From the IMG/VR virus record IMGVR_UViG_3300010401_000041, positions 1 through 55,519 of that record: 55,519 nt of DNA; one strand, written 5' to 3'. Both the position numbers and the translations under genes were made by a program. This document shows positions 8,847 through 18,440 of the stretch, in pieces (the stretch's first letter is position 1; each line of letters begins with the position of its first letter). The DNA is from a virus (taxonomy: Duplodnaviria > Caudoviricetes). The notes beneath the pieces were generated by a model. That model had not been told where the DNA came from. It searched no databases and worked only from the letters and a program-made list of their open reading frames with translations.

Positions 8847-9040
8847 TAACTTTCCCTCCCTATATGATCCCCGTAAAAACAGAACATGGAGAAGGGTTCA
8901 TTCTTTACGTATCAGAAGGTGGGGCATTTGAGAACGATTGCTTTTGTGTAGTACTGAAAGAAACCGGCAAATTGAAACATTACAAGACCCTTCAGATAAC
9001 CATAGAGCAGAATTTAACCTACGGGATTAAAAACACGTAA
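8843..9040 (+). CDS. Small phage hypothetical protein
   Basis: 65 aa; IPVKTEHGEG...ENDCFCVVL..TG.LKHY.T.QI pattern; ATGA-type coupling. Confidence 0.7.
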   Translation: MITFPPYMIPVKTEHGEGFILYVSEGGAFENDCFCVVLKETGKLKHYKTLQITIEQNLTYGIKNT

Positions 9041-9041
9041 G

Positions 9042-9383
9042 ATGAAACTTATTTTATCTTGTTTATTGCCACTGATGTTTTCTGCTTGTGTTTCCAGCAA
9101 GAAAATGGCTTCTACTATGGATTCATGGATGGGATCATACAAGTATGAATTGGTTCAGCAATGGGGTGCACCGGACAAGATAGTTCCCGATGAAAACGGC
9201 GGTGAAATCCTAATCTACTCAAACAGGGTGTATGCCCAACTAAGTTCAGGCGCAACCGTTGATTACTATCTTTACCGGATGTTATATGCAGACCCTAATG
9301 GGAAACTTTATCATTGGTTTTGGAAGAAAAGCCCCAATCCACCCGAACGAATTGATGTAAGAATGTTAGTAACGTATAAATAA
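9042..9383 (+). CDS. Lipoprotein (SmpA/BamE-like fold possible)
   Basis: Signal peptide ending FSA|C; M.SW.G....ELV.QWGAPD motif. Confidence 0.7.
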   Translation: MKLILSCLLPLMFSACVSSKKMASTMDSWMGSYKYELVQQWGAPDKIVPDENGGEILIYSNRVYAQLSSGATVDYYLYRMLYADPNGKLYHWFWKKSPNPPERIDVRMLVTYK

Positions 9384-9392
9384 ATCAATCGA

Positions 9393-9731
9393 ATGGCAAC
9401 AGTGAAAAACTTTTTCAATCCCTTAGAGGACAGAATTTTGTTAAGAGTAAAAAAAGAAACAGAACCCAAGAAAACAGAAACGGGGCTATACGATCTTTCT
9501 AAAAAAGAAACAGAGATGGCAACGGTTTATGCCGCTGGTATCGGTTGGTACGCAAGAGAAACAGGTAATTTTGTCCCTGCATATCTAAGCGCGGGAGATG
9601 TTGTCGTAATTGGCAAAGGTGCAGGTTTACCTATTGACATTGAATTGCCAGACGGATCAATGGAAGAAATGAAATTGCTAAGAGAAGGAGATGTGTTGAT
9701 ATTGGTAAGCAAAAAAGAATCAACAGATTAA
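9393..9731 (+). CDS. groES: Co-chaperonin GroES (Cpn10)
   Basis: PLEDRILLR, mobile loop KTETGLY, VYAAGIG, GDVVV and LLREGDVL. Confidence 0.88.
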   Translation: MATVKNFFNPLEDRILLRVKKETEPKKTETGLYDLSKKETEMATVYAAGIGWYARETGNFVPAYLSAGDVVVIGKGAGLPIDIELPDGSMEEMKLLREGDVLILVSKKESTD

Positions 9732-9767
9732 GAATTTTGTTATATTTTTATTGCCAAATATCCAACT

Positions 9768-10610
9768 TTGGCAAAGCCACGTCCTTTAAATCAGGTACTT
9801 CTAACAATCCCGCAAGCACTTACAGAGGAATTAATTACCGATTCCGGGCTTAATCTTTACATCGATGCTTCATACAACAAGCATTGGCAGTGCGCAGTTA
9901 CGGCAGTTATCGCCGATTTACCTCTTAAGGTTCCATCACAACACAAATACATTTTCGATAATCTAAAGGTCGGCGACGAAGTAGCAATCAGCTATCGAAT
10001 TGTCGCGGATTTTACTTTTGGCAGCGATTCAGGCCAATTCATTCAGGCGACTGAAGATAACCCCCATGTCAGGGAATTCGTAAACGGGCGAGGGGAGTGG
10101 GTGAAAGTTTACGCTCTCCCAAAAAGATCGGGGCTTCCGGGGATTATGTGGGTCGCGACGTACACAGATAGCAAACGTCAATTTATTGATGGGGTTCAGG
10201 GTGACGAAAGCGAAGTTGAGCGCTGGTTAAGCCAGTTCCCGTTTGGGAAAACAGATGTCTATAAATTCAACAATTACTTTGAGTTTGAGGGAAAGGATTA
10301 CTGGAAAGCCGACCTTGACGATATTTTTGCAAAAAAAGTAAAAGGGCATTGGGTTGCGGTGAGCGACCGAATTATTTGTAAGCCCATAGAAGAAAAGGTT
10401 CCTGATTCGATGTTAATTGGTGAACACAAAGGACATAATGTAAAAGTTCGCTATGAAGATCGCGGTCGGGTAATGACAGGTGGAAAATCAAAAGGAATAA
10501 AAAAAGATAACGTTGTGTCATTCGATCAAAGACATCTCGAAAAATATACATTCGACAATAAAGAATTTTTCCTTATCAATGAAAAACTTGTAAACGGCAC
10601 ATGGCAATAA
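9768..10610 (+). CDS. Tandem GroES-like domain protein
   Basis: N-terminal PLNQVLL...TDSGLNLY...LKVGDEV and C-terminal AVSDRIICKP...GRV...DNVVSF...FDNKEFFLINEKLV both follow the GroES pattern; TTG start. Confidence 0.6.
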   Translation: MAKPRPLNQVLLTIPQALTEELITDSGLNLYIDASYNKHWQCAVTAVIADLPLKVPSQHKYIFDNLKVGDEVAISYRIVADFTFGSDSGQFIQATEDNPHVREFVNGRGEWVKVYALPKRSGLPGIMWVATYTDSKRQFIDGVQGDESEVERWLSQFPFGKTDVYKFNNYFEFEGKDYWKADLDDIFAKKVKGHWVAVSDRIICKPIEEKVPDSMLIGEHKGHNVKVRYEDRGRVMTGGKSKGIKKDNVVSFDQRHLEKYTFDNKEFFLINEKLVNGTWQ

Positions 10611-11251
10611 GGAATATAAATAATCTTTATGATTTCTTTCGCGACTTGGTTCGCAAGGAACGCGGGGCATTTGTATCAATTCCACAATTCAATGCAAATC
10701 TTGATGCGGGGCAACTTGACGCAATCGAAGAGTGGTTCGCTCCCTACGGAGAAAATCAGCAATTGCACGACGCATTAAGGCTAATAAGGGTATATTACCA
10801 GTTCACGAGCGATCCCGCTGGTTTTGTGACACAGCCAGACGATTATCTTCATATACTTGGGCAACCGTTTACAGTAGCAGGAAGTTCGGTGAATCGAATA
10901 AACTTTTGTAATGAAGATGAAGTCCCGTTCGCATTGACAAGTCAATTAAGACCCGTTTCTGATTCATACCCGATTGCGATTGATACCTCAACCGGGTTTA
11001 GCATCTACCCGCAAAAAACACAAGTTGGATTCTTCAATTATCTAAGACGCCCGGCAACACCTAAACTTGCTTATACGCAAGTAGGTAGAGTGATTACTTA
11101 TGACGCAGCCAATAGTGTTCAGTTAGAATTTTCTGATGCGTATATAAATAATATTTTAGCGAAAGCATTAATTTATGCCGGGGTCTACATGAATGAAAAA
11201 GATATTACGCAGTACGCGGAAGTTTATAATCAACAAACAAAAGTGCCGTAA
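10601..11251 (+). CDS. Putative head-tail ring/adaptor (tail tubular) protein
   Basis: Position before the nozzle gene; KE.G...QFN..L..GQ and YLRRPATP...ELS...I motifs typical of crAss-like ring proteins. Confidence 0.55.
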   Translation: MAIRNINNLYDFFRDLVRKERGAFVSIPQFNANLDAGQLDAIEEWFAPYGENQQLHDALRLIRVYYQFTSDPAGFVTQPDDYLHILGQPFTVAGSSVNRINFCNEDEVPFALTSQLRPVSDSYPIAIDTSTGFSIYPQKTQVGFFNYLRRPATPKLAYTQVGRVITYDAANSVQLEFSDAYINNILAKALIYAGVYMNEKDITQYAEVYNQQTKVP

Positions 11252-11254
11252 TAA

Positions 11255-11914
11255 ATGCCACAAACCAGCAAAAAATTAATTAGCGACCAAGTTTTATACC
11301 GGCTAAGCGGCGGTCGGCCTGACTCTGGATTCCCAATAGACGAACGTGATATTTGGAAAGCGATTGACCAAAAGATTAATGCTCAATTTAAACTGCATTA
11401 TTTAGATACGACATTGCCTTCAGGGGAAACCATACCTGAAAACACAATGATTGCAACCTATGAAAACATCGAAGTAACAGCGACTATAAACGGCAAGTCA
11501 AAATCAATATTGCCCGTCATCCCCATTTCAATGCCAAAAAACATTGGCATTTATATGGTATATGATCCAGCTTACCCCGACAGACCATTTATCCCTTTGC
11601 AAAGAGGACAGGGGTCTTTGTTAAAAGCGGATAGTTTGCTAAGTAACATGATGGGGCAAATATCGTATGAGCCAAAAAATAATTATGTGGTTTATGGTAA
11701 CGACATTACTTTATTAGGCGTTACAAGTGTGACAATGGAACTTTGTGTGTTTGATATGTCTCAATACTCGGTAACCGATTATCTGCCAGTTCCAAGTGAT
11801 TATGAAGAAAGAATTGTGAAGGAATTATTGGCAGAATTTTCTGTTGTAACGCCAGAGACAGGCTTAATAAATAATTTCTCAACAGTTGGGCAAAATGTAC
11901 CGATTAAACAATGA
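11255..11914 (+). CDS. Putative ring/tail structural protein
   Basis: Position and size; IDERDI and YLPVPSDYE..IV motifs like crAss-like ring paralogues. Confidence 0.5.
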   Translation: MPQTSKKLISDQVLYRLSGGRPDSGFPIDERDIWKAIDQKINAQFKLHYLDTTLPSGETIPENTMIATYENIEVTATINGKSKSILPVIPISMPKNIGIYMVYDPAYPDRPFIPLQRGQGSLLKADSLLSNMMGQISYEPKNNYVVYGNDITLLGVTSVTMELCVFDMSQYSVTDYLPVPSDYEERIVKELLAEFSVVTPETGLINNFSTVGQNVPIKQ

Positions 11915-12687
11915 CAACTATAAGTCTTGATAGCATAGTTAAAAACATTTTAATGAAGCGGAAATATCCGTTCCATTACTATATAGAATTTCTTGTATCG
12001 GCAAAGGACTGTTTGCGTGAACTTACATTCGATAATTTTGAAATAGTACGATATAAAGTACTTACACTTAATAGCAACAACGCGCTGCCAATGCCTAACG
12101 ACTATCAGGATGTTACAGGCGTATATGTGAGAAATGGGCAGTATTTAATACCATTAGTAGAAGACGATAGTTTAGACCTTGTTCCTAATTACGATTCAAA
12201 TTTCGATATTCAACCGTACTCGCAAGGTGTTGCATCCACAACAGGAGAGGCTAACCAAATTGTATATTACAATGGACTCCTATCTCCGTACTGGTATTTG
12301 AACAACTGGAATGAATTTGGAGAAAACTTAGGTCGTCAATTTGGTGGCGTAGGTGCGTTGCCAGATACTTACCGTGTGAACAAAGCTAGGAATGAAATCA
12401 AGATAAACGAGAACCTTGCTAATCTTGAATATGTCCTCGAATATATTTCAAATGGTATGGATGCAGATTCAGCTACCCACATTGATGGGTACGCCCAAGC
12501 AACAATCGAAGCGTATTGTATGTGGCAATTCAAAGAAAATAACCGTACATACGGAGTAGGAGAAGCCAAGACAGCAGAGCAATCATATATCAAGGAAAGA
12601 CAAATATTGATAGCCAGATTGTCGGACTTGACAATAGATAGATTAAAACGAATCGTTCAGATAAACAGCATAGGTGTGAAATACTGA
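11911..12687 (+). CDS. Putative ring/tail structural protein
   Basis: LRELTFD, MPNDY, VLEYISNG and A.IEAY..W motifs typical of crAss-like tail tubular proteins. Confidence 0.55.
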   Translation: MTTISLDSIVKNILMKRKYPFHYYIEFLVSAKDCLRELTFDNFEIVRYKVLTLNSNNALPMPNDYQDVTGVYVRNGQYLIPLVEDDSLDLVPNYDSNFDIQPYSQGVASTTGEANQIVYYNGLLSPYWYLNNWNEFGENLGRQFGGVGALPDTYRVNKARNEIKINENLANLEYVLEYISNGMDADSATHIDGYAQATIEAYCMWQFKENNRTYGVGEAKTAEQSYIKERQILIARLSDLTIDRLKRIVQINSIGVKY

Positions 12688-12968
12688 TGCCTAACTTTTT
12701 TGGAAATACCAGCACAGCAGCGCAAAGCACAGCATACAACATTCCAAGTATGCTGATTTCGTTTAGCGTGGTGAATAAAACCGGAGGCGCAGTAACAATA
12801 AACGTTGGAATTTTATTCGGCAGTACTTATGATATTATTCCAATGAATAAATCTTTGGCAGCAGGGGAGGCATATATTTATAGTGGGGAACCGATTAAAA
12901 TACCAAAGAATCATCAAATTTCATTAACAGCAAGCGGAAGCGTTGATTATTACTTTACAATTGAATAA
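12687..12968 (+). CDS. Small beta-rich virion protein (putative)
   Basis: 93-aa beta-rich ORF in the tail module. Confidence 0.55.
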   Translation: MPNFFGNTSTAAQSTAYNIPSMLISFSVVNKTGGAVTINVGILFGSTYDIIPMNKSLAAGEAYIYSGEPIKIPKNHQISLTASGSVDYYFTIE

Positions 12969-13226
12969 ATGGCAGTCACGGATTTAACATTACCGAAACC
13001 AATGGTTGTAATCAGGCAAGTAGATAGCTTGCTGGGATTGCAGTATGCTGGGTCTAAAATGAAGTCTGCTATCATTGATAACATTTATGAAACATCTGAC
13101 TTGAACAGTGTTGGAGATATTGTAGTATTTAATTCAACACAAGGAGAAAAATTTCAATACGGCAGTACAAACTATATTTTAATTGACGAAAAATACATCT
13201 TTGGTAACGAAGGTGCGCCAACATGA
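12969..13226 (+). CDS. Small GroES-like protein
   Basis: P..MVVIR...SVGDIVVFN...GEKFQYGSTNYILIDEKYIFG parallels the GroES C-terminal pattern (VGD.V.F..Y.G.....G..Y.I..E.DI.G). Confidence 0.55.
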   Translation: MAVTDLTLPKPMVVIRQVDSLLGLQYAGSKMKSAIIDNIYETSDLNSVGDIVVFNSTQGEKFQYGSTNYILIDEKYIFGNEGAPT

Positions 13227-16200
13227 TAACAGAGAAAAGAAATTTTCTGGAAGGAATGAACGGAGACGTTTCCCAGCGATTATTAGGAATGGGGCAAAGC
13301 CTTAACCTAATGAATTGTCGCGTGGCCGTTACCGAACACGGACGGGATTACAGGGTGGAAAATGTTCCGGGGACATTGCTCGTTGAACAAAATGTATTTC
13401 CGCCATACGGGACAAACCAAAACATAGGGAGTACTGTGGATTTGGCGAGGAATAGACTTATTTATTTTAACTACAACACGGCAGGGGATCATGGTATTTA
13501 TTGCTACGTAAAAGATACCGGCATTACCTACGCCGTATTGTATGACAGTCAGGTTATTGGAGGGCTTAATTTCTCAAAGACTTCAAGAATAGACAGAAAC
13601 GCAAAAGTTATTGGAGATTTATTATATTGGACAGACAATAACAACGAACCAAGAAGAATAAATATTGAAGCAGGAATAAAGATGAATCATGCTTCATACG
13701 TTACCGACGTGCTTCCATATTCATATCCCATGAACCAGTCGGTAATAACTGTAATCAGAAGGCCTTTTGAGGTTTGCCCATCTGTTCAGCCTTTGTTGGA
13801 TGGCACAAGAGAAAATTTCTTAAACGATTTTTCGGGAGAATTTGCCGTTAGGTTCGTATATCGGGATAATGAGCGGTCTGTAATGACGACAAATAGTTCG
13901 TTTGTAAACTACCGCACAAATATTAACGACTTTAGCTTTATAACAACAGCCAACTTTATAAGAGTTGCATTGCCAAATTCGTTTGTGGGAATTGTAAGCG
14001 GAAACTATTTTATTGAACAAGATGTTCAGATCATCCAGATTGCGGTACGTTATAACAATACGCCCGGATATTTTGTAATAAAAGAATGGAATAAATCTAA
14101 CCCTGCCGACTTAGCAGAGATTATTGCTTATAACGCCGTAACGGGATCACTGTCTTATGATTTTTATAATGACGTTAGGGGCGTTCCCATAAGCGACGCA
14201 GATTCGGTAAAGCCAGCCGATAGTGTGCCAATAAAAGCAAAAACGGTAGAGCTTGGGATTGATAGATTGTTTTTCGCTAATTATATTAAAGGCTATGACG
14301 CACCAGCCATTACTTCTTTGACAGGAACAACTACTCAACAAACTTTTCCTGACGGGTTCCCAAGAACTATATTCAAATCCTACGCCACCTATCAAATAGG
14401 TATAAGGTTCAGGGATAATTATAAGAGGCAATCCACAGTCGTCACGAACGACAATCTTATTATTGAAATACCAGACAGGGGTGATTATAATGATAAGACC
14501 TTTACAACGGCGATTAATTGGGCGCTATCCAACGCAAACGCATTAAACGAAATCCCCGACTATGCCTACTACGCAGATTTAGTAATTACCAAGAATTTAA
14601 GGACAAGATTTTTTCTTCAGTCCTTAGCTAATGGGGTTCAATATGCCATAAAAGATGCTGATGGATCGATTACTTATCAGAACACCTACACAGGATCGGT
14701 ATTCGGGTTAGCTATCGGGTCAACGACTCTTTTATCTACGGGTATGTTCCCGTCCTTCGCTGAAGGTGATATGGTTAGAATATATCCAGACGGGGCAACG
14801 ACTTTCTATACGTTACGGGTTATTCAGATTGAACCAGATTATATCATTGTTCGTCCGGTGAATCTTGGTGACCTGACAAGTATTTCTTTTTTGTTTTATG
14901 AATATTTTACACCGTATAAAACGTCTGCCAGCGAATCTTTTTACACAGTTGGGCAAACAGTTCGGATAAACAATCCCGGAACAAATTCACGTCAATACAA
15001 CACATTGAGCGGATCGTTTACGGGAGATGTTACTTATGGCGTACGGGTAACGACGATATTTTCTATTTCTTATTTCACAGAGAATATGTCGCCCAATGAT
15101 GATCATTGGATGAACTGGTATGGAATTTACGGCGAAGCAAATATCGTGTCGCTACTTGGACAAGAGTTAAAAGAAAACTTTGTTCAATGGAGCAATACAA
15201 TCATCAAAGGAACCCAAACGAATGGGTTAAGCACTTTTGATGCGCTTGACGAAAAAGTTCTACCATTCTCAATGGGCGCTGTTAGCAAACTTCAGGTAGC
15301 GAGTAAGATACAGGAAGAAGGAAATATAATGCTTGCTATTGGCGAAAAATCAACGGTGTCTATGTATCTATCCGAAGTTCAGGTAGTCGGGGCATCTACA
15401 AACGCATTTCTTGCCTCTTCGCCGGGAGTTATCGGAACAGTTAATAACCTGAAAGGCAATTATGGTACGATAAATCCAGAAAGTGTTATTGAATATCTTG
15501 GACTTGTTTTCTGGTTCGATATGCTTAACGGAACCTTCGTTCAATATTCTGCCGAAGGTTTAGAGCCTGTTAGTAATTATGGAGAGATGAGATTTTTCCA
15601 AAACTATGCGCAAAAATATTTAGTCAGTTCAACGGCAGGAATAGATACAAGAAACGGGTTTCATCATATCCCTACCTGTATTGACCCTTTCCATAAAGAA
15701 GTCATCTGTAGCTTACCATCACTAGTGCAAGATGGGGTTGACCTTCCAAGCTATTCGGTTGTTCCCATTTACGCAGTGTCAGTACTCAACAGGTTTGATA
15801 TATCTGATTACTTAGCTAAGACAATGACTTTCCAGTTTGGTAAAAATAAATGGGGCAGTAATTTTGAATTTTTAGGAGAATGGTATGACTATATTCAGAC
15901 AACTATGTACGGGTTTAAAAACGGGGCATTGTATATTCATAACCACGAAGATGCAGATTACAATCAATTCTATGGCCCACATTATCCGGTAAGAATTTGC
16001 TGTACCGCCAACCTGAACCCATCCGCGTTAAAAGACCTGTTCAACATTGCAATAGAAAGCAACGCTGCACCTGATTTTACAGTAGCATACGCAGATTATC
16101 CCAACGTGCAAATAACAGACCTTACAGTAGATGACTATACAGATCAGCAGGGGCAATTTTATGCAGAGTTCTTTAAGGATAGGTTATCCCCGAACGTAAG

Positions 16201-16369
16201 CGGAACGCCAGATGAAAAATTATATATTGGCGATGGGATCACTGACATAGCCATTAAGATAATGCTTGAATTTCAACAATATTCAAATTTATTTTACTGT
16301 AACTTTGTTGACATAGGGTACGATATTTCAAAGGGGCAGCAAGTGATTGCAAGCCCGACTAACAAATAA
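13223..16369 (+). CDS. Tail stabilisation/nozzle (muzzle) protein, crAss-like / P22 gp10-like
   Basis: GMNGD...RLL..G...NLMNCRV, LLYWTDN.NEPRRINI, RLFFANY and YGT.NPES motifs; 1048 aa. Confidence 0.8.
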   Translation: MITEKRNFLEGMNGDVSQRLLGMGQSLNLMNCRVAVTEHGRDYRVENVPGTLLVEQNVFPPYGTNQNIGSTVDLARNRLIYFNYNTAGDHGIYCYVKDTGITYAVLYDSQVIGGLNFSKTSRIDRNAKVIGDLLYWTDNNNEPRRINIEAGIKMNHASYVTDVLPYSYPMNQSVITVIRRPFEVCPSVQPLLDGTRENFLNDFSGEFAVRFVYRDNERSVMTTNSSFVNYRTNINDFSFITTANFIRVALPNSFVGIVSGNYFIEQDVQIIQIAVRYNNTPGYFVIKEWNKSNPADLAEIIAYNAVTGSLSYDFYNDVRGVPISDADSVKPADSVPIKAKTVELGIDRLFFANYIKGYDAPAITSLTGTTTQQTFPDGFPRTIFKSYATYQIGIRFRDNYKRQSTVVTNDNLIIEIPDRGDYNDKTFTTAINWALSNANALNEIPDYAYYADLVITKNLRTRFFLQSLANGVQYAIKDADGSITYQNTYTGSVFGLAIGSTTLLSTGMFPSFAEGDMVRIYPDGATTFYTLRVIQIEPDYIIVRPVNLGDLTSISFLFYEYFTPYKTSASESFYTVGQTVRINNPGTNSRQYNTLSGSFTGDVTYGVRVTTIFSISYFTENMSPNDDHWMNWYGIYGEANIVSLLGQELKENFVQWSNTIIKGTQTNGLSTFDALDEKVLPFSMGAVSKLQVASKIQEEGNIMLAIGEKSTVSMYLSEVQVVGASTNAFLASSPGVIGTVNNLKGNYGTINPESVIEYLGLVFWFDMLNGTFVQYSAEGLEPVSNYGEMRFFQNYAQKYLVSSTAGIDTRNGFHHIPTCIDPFHKEVICSLPSLVQDGVDLPSYSVVPIYAVSVLNRFDISDYLAKTMTFQFGKNKWGSNFEFLGEWYDYIQTTMYGFKNGALYIHNHEDADYNQFYGPHYPVRICCTANLNPSALKDLFNIAIESNAAPDFTVAYADYPNVQITDLTVDDYTDQQGQFYAEFFKDRLSPNVSGTPDEKLYIGDGITDIAIKIMLEFQQYSNLFYCNFVDIGYDISKGQQVIASPTNK

Positions 16370-16380
16370 AATCTAATATT

Positions 16381-16974
16381 ATGTTTGGTCTTCTTCAAGG
16401 AATAGCAGGTGCTTTTAGCGCACATGGGGCTAACAAGAGTTTAAGTCGTCTTCAAAAATTAGACCCTACCTATATGGCTAATCCATTAGCCGCTCAATAT
16501 TTAAATCAGGTAAAGCAAGCCTATAGCGGTCGTATGCCGGGAGCCACGCAAGCCGAAAACAATATCTATACACAAAATGCAAACTTCAATGATACGGTAG
16601 GTAGAAATGCTACCGATGCGTCCCAAGCTATCGCAGCAGCAGCAGCGGGACAAGGGCAAACCGACCAACAACTACAAGACCTTTCTACCAAAGAAGCTCA
16701 ATCTAAATACGGTCTTTTGGACAACTTGAATTCGGCATACGGAGCAAATATTGCTGAAGGAGATAAGGTTTATAATGATAATGTAAGACGTTATGGAGAT
16801 TTGGTGGCAATACGAGGGGCGCAACAAAAAAACCGGCAGAACGCAGTTAACGGGGTGTTCAATGGGTTACAAACCGATTTCAATGATTTTATGGGGTTGG
16901 CCGGCGGCGGTGCTTTTGATGCAGGTGGAATTTTTGGTAAAAAACAAGGTGCAGGCACTCCACAACTTATTTAA
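16381..16974 (+). CDS. Putative internal virion/ejection (pilot) protein
   Basis: Gly/Ala/Gln-rich protein immediately after the nozzle gene, as in podoviruses. Confidence 0.6.
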   Translation: MFGLLQGIAGAFSAHGANKSLSRLQKLDPTYMANPLAAQYLNQVKQAYSGRMPGATQAENNIYTQNANFNDTVGRNATDASQAIAAAAAGQGQTDQQLQDLSTKEAQSKYGLLDNLNSAYGANIAEGDKVYNDNVRRYGDLVAIRGAQQKNRQNAVNGVFNGLQTDFNDFMGLAGGGAFDAGGIFGKKQGAGTPQLI

Positions 16975-16985
16975 AAGAGGTTAAA

Positions 16986-18440
16986 ATGATTAATGTTTCC
17001 GATTTTATCATCGATCCACAACAGGCAACAATGTCTGAAGGCATTAAACACTATGCTGCGACTGCCCAACACAATAAAGAAATTGCCTATCAAAGACACA
17101 AAGAGCAAGAAGCCGAACAATGGAGAAAGCTAAACCTCATTCAGGATTTAACCGATTTATCCAAGCACCAAACCAGCGACGATATTGCCAATGCCGTAGG
17201 TAATCAACACGCAAATGATATTTTTAAAAAGTATACCGCAGCCGCAGGGCAAATGTCGCCAGCAGAATTACAATACAATATTTCAAAAGACATGCAGTCG
17301 GTGACGAATGGACTGGATGCAATGAAGAACGAGTTAGCGCAATCAGATCAAATGATCGGGGCATTAAAAACGAAATTTCCAAGTTTAGATATTACCTCTT
17401 TAGCGAAAGATTCAAGGGCAGATATTTTGGGAAGAAGGTTAAAAAATGCGAACGAATTTGCGAACCCATTAGAAGTGCCACAAAGCACCATAAACTATGG
17501 CGATCCAGATTTTTTGAGTAGATACGTTACTGGAAATAAAGGCATCACCGAAGAAATAGTGAATCCTAAAGGCGCAGATGACGTAAGCGTTTATAAAGGT
17601 TCACCGAATCAATACACAAAGTATAGTGCCAAAATCCCATACTGGAAGAAACCAAGTTATGATCCGGCAAAGTTAAATAACGGGTTCATTACAGATAAGA
17701 GCGAACCGTCCTTGCAAATAAAAGCAACTACACTGCCAGCGGCATCTTTGCCATCTTCAAACGGAAAGCCATTTAAAATTGTTGACGAAGATGTTTATAA
17801 ACGATTCACCAACGATGAGGGGAAAAATATAGAATTAATAAAATCAACCAGAGACGAATATCCGGAGTACGACAAGTTCAATAGTCAGGAAAAAGAATAC
17901 GCCAAACGCAACGTTCTGTATAAACATTTGGAAGCGTTAGACCAAAGTAATTTTCACCCTACCGATGTACACGCGCCATCTGCCAGCCTTCTTAAATTAT
18001 ATGCCGGTGGTAGTGGAAGCGGAAGTTCTAAAGTAGAACCAGAGATCAGAGATATTTATAAAGAAGTAAGCGGTAAGGTTGGCGAAGAGGGAACGCCAAT
18101 GAATATCATGAGTGCAGGGGCGCAAAAGACAATATTGGAGTATGCTAATAAATTAACTGGCGAAGGAATGACACAGGGGGATGTGATGTTGAAAAAAGCT
18201 GCCGATGGGACAATAAATATTGTTAGGACAGATGATAATAAAGTTATTGCACCAATTGATTTCGGAGATTTAAATGTTCCGTCGCAACCAAGTGTAAAAG
18301 AAAAAAGGGCTGTTATCAATGAAACCAATAGGCAGTATAAGTACAATGGTAAAACATACACACACTCTCAAATTGAAAAAGCTGCGTCTCAATCAGGATT
18401 AAGTATTGAAGATTATATTAAAAAAGCTGGACTTAAATGA
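16986..18440 (+). CDS. Putative internal virion/ejection protein
   Basis: 484 aa, helical; second gene of the small-medium-large ejection triplet. Confidence 0.55.
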   Translation: MINVSDFIIDPQQATMSEGIKHYAATAQHNKEIAYQRHKEQEAEQWRKLNLIQDLTDLSKHQTSDDIANAVGNQHANDIFKKYTAAAGQMSPAELQYNISKDMQSVTNGLDAMKNELAQSDQMIGALKTKFPSLDITSLAKDSRADILGRRLKNANEFANPLEVPQSTINYGDPDFLSRYVTGNKGITEEIVNPKGADDVSVYKGSPNQYTKYSAKIPYWKKPSYDPAKLNNGFITDKSEPSLQIKATTLPAASLPSSNGKPFKIVDEDVYKRFTNDEGKNIELIKSTRDEYPEYDKFNSQEKEYAKRNVLYKHLEALDQSNFHPTDVHAPSASLLKLYAGGSGSGSSKVEPEIRDIYKEVSGKVGEEGTPMNIMSAGAQKTILEYANKLTGEGMTQGDVMLKKAADGTINIVRTDDNKVIAPIDFGDLNVPSQPSVKEKRAVINETNRQYKYNGKTYTHSQIEKAASQSGLSIEDYIKKAGLK

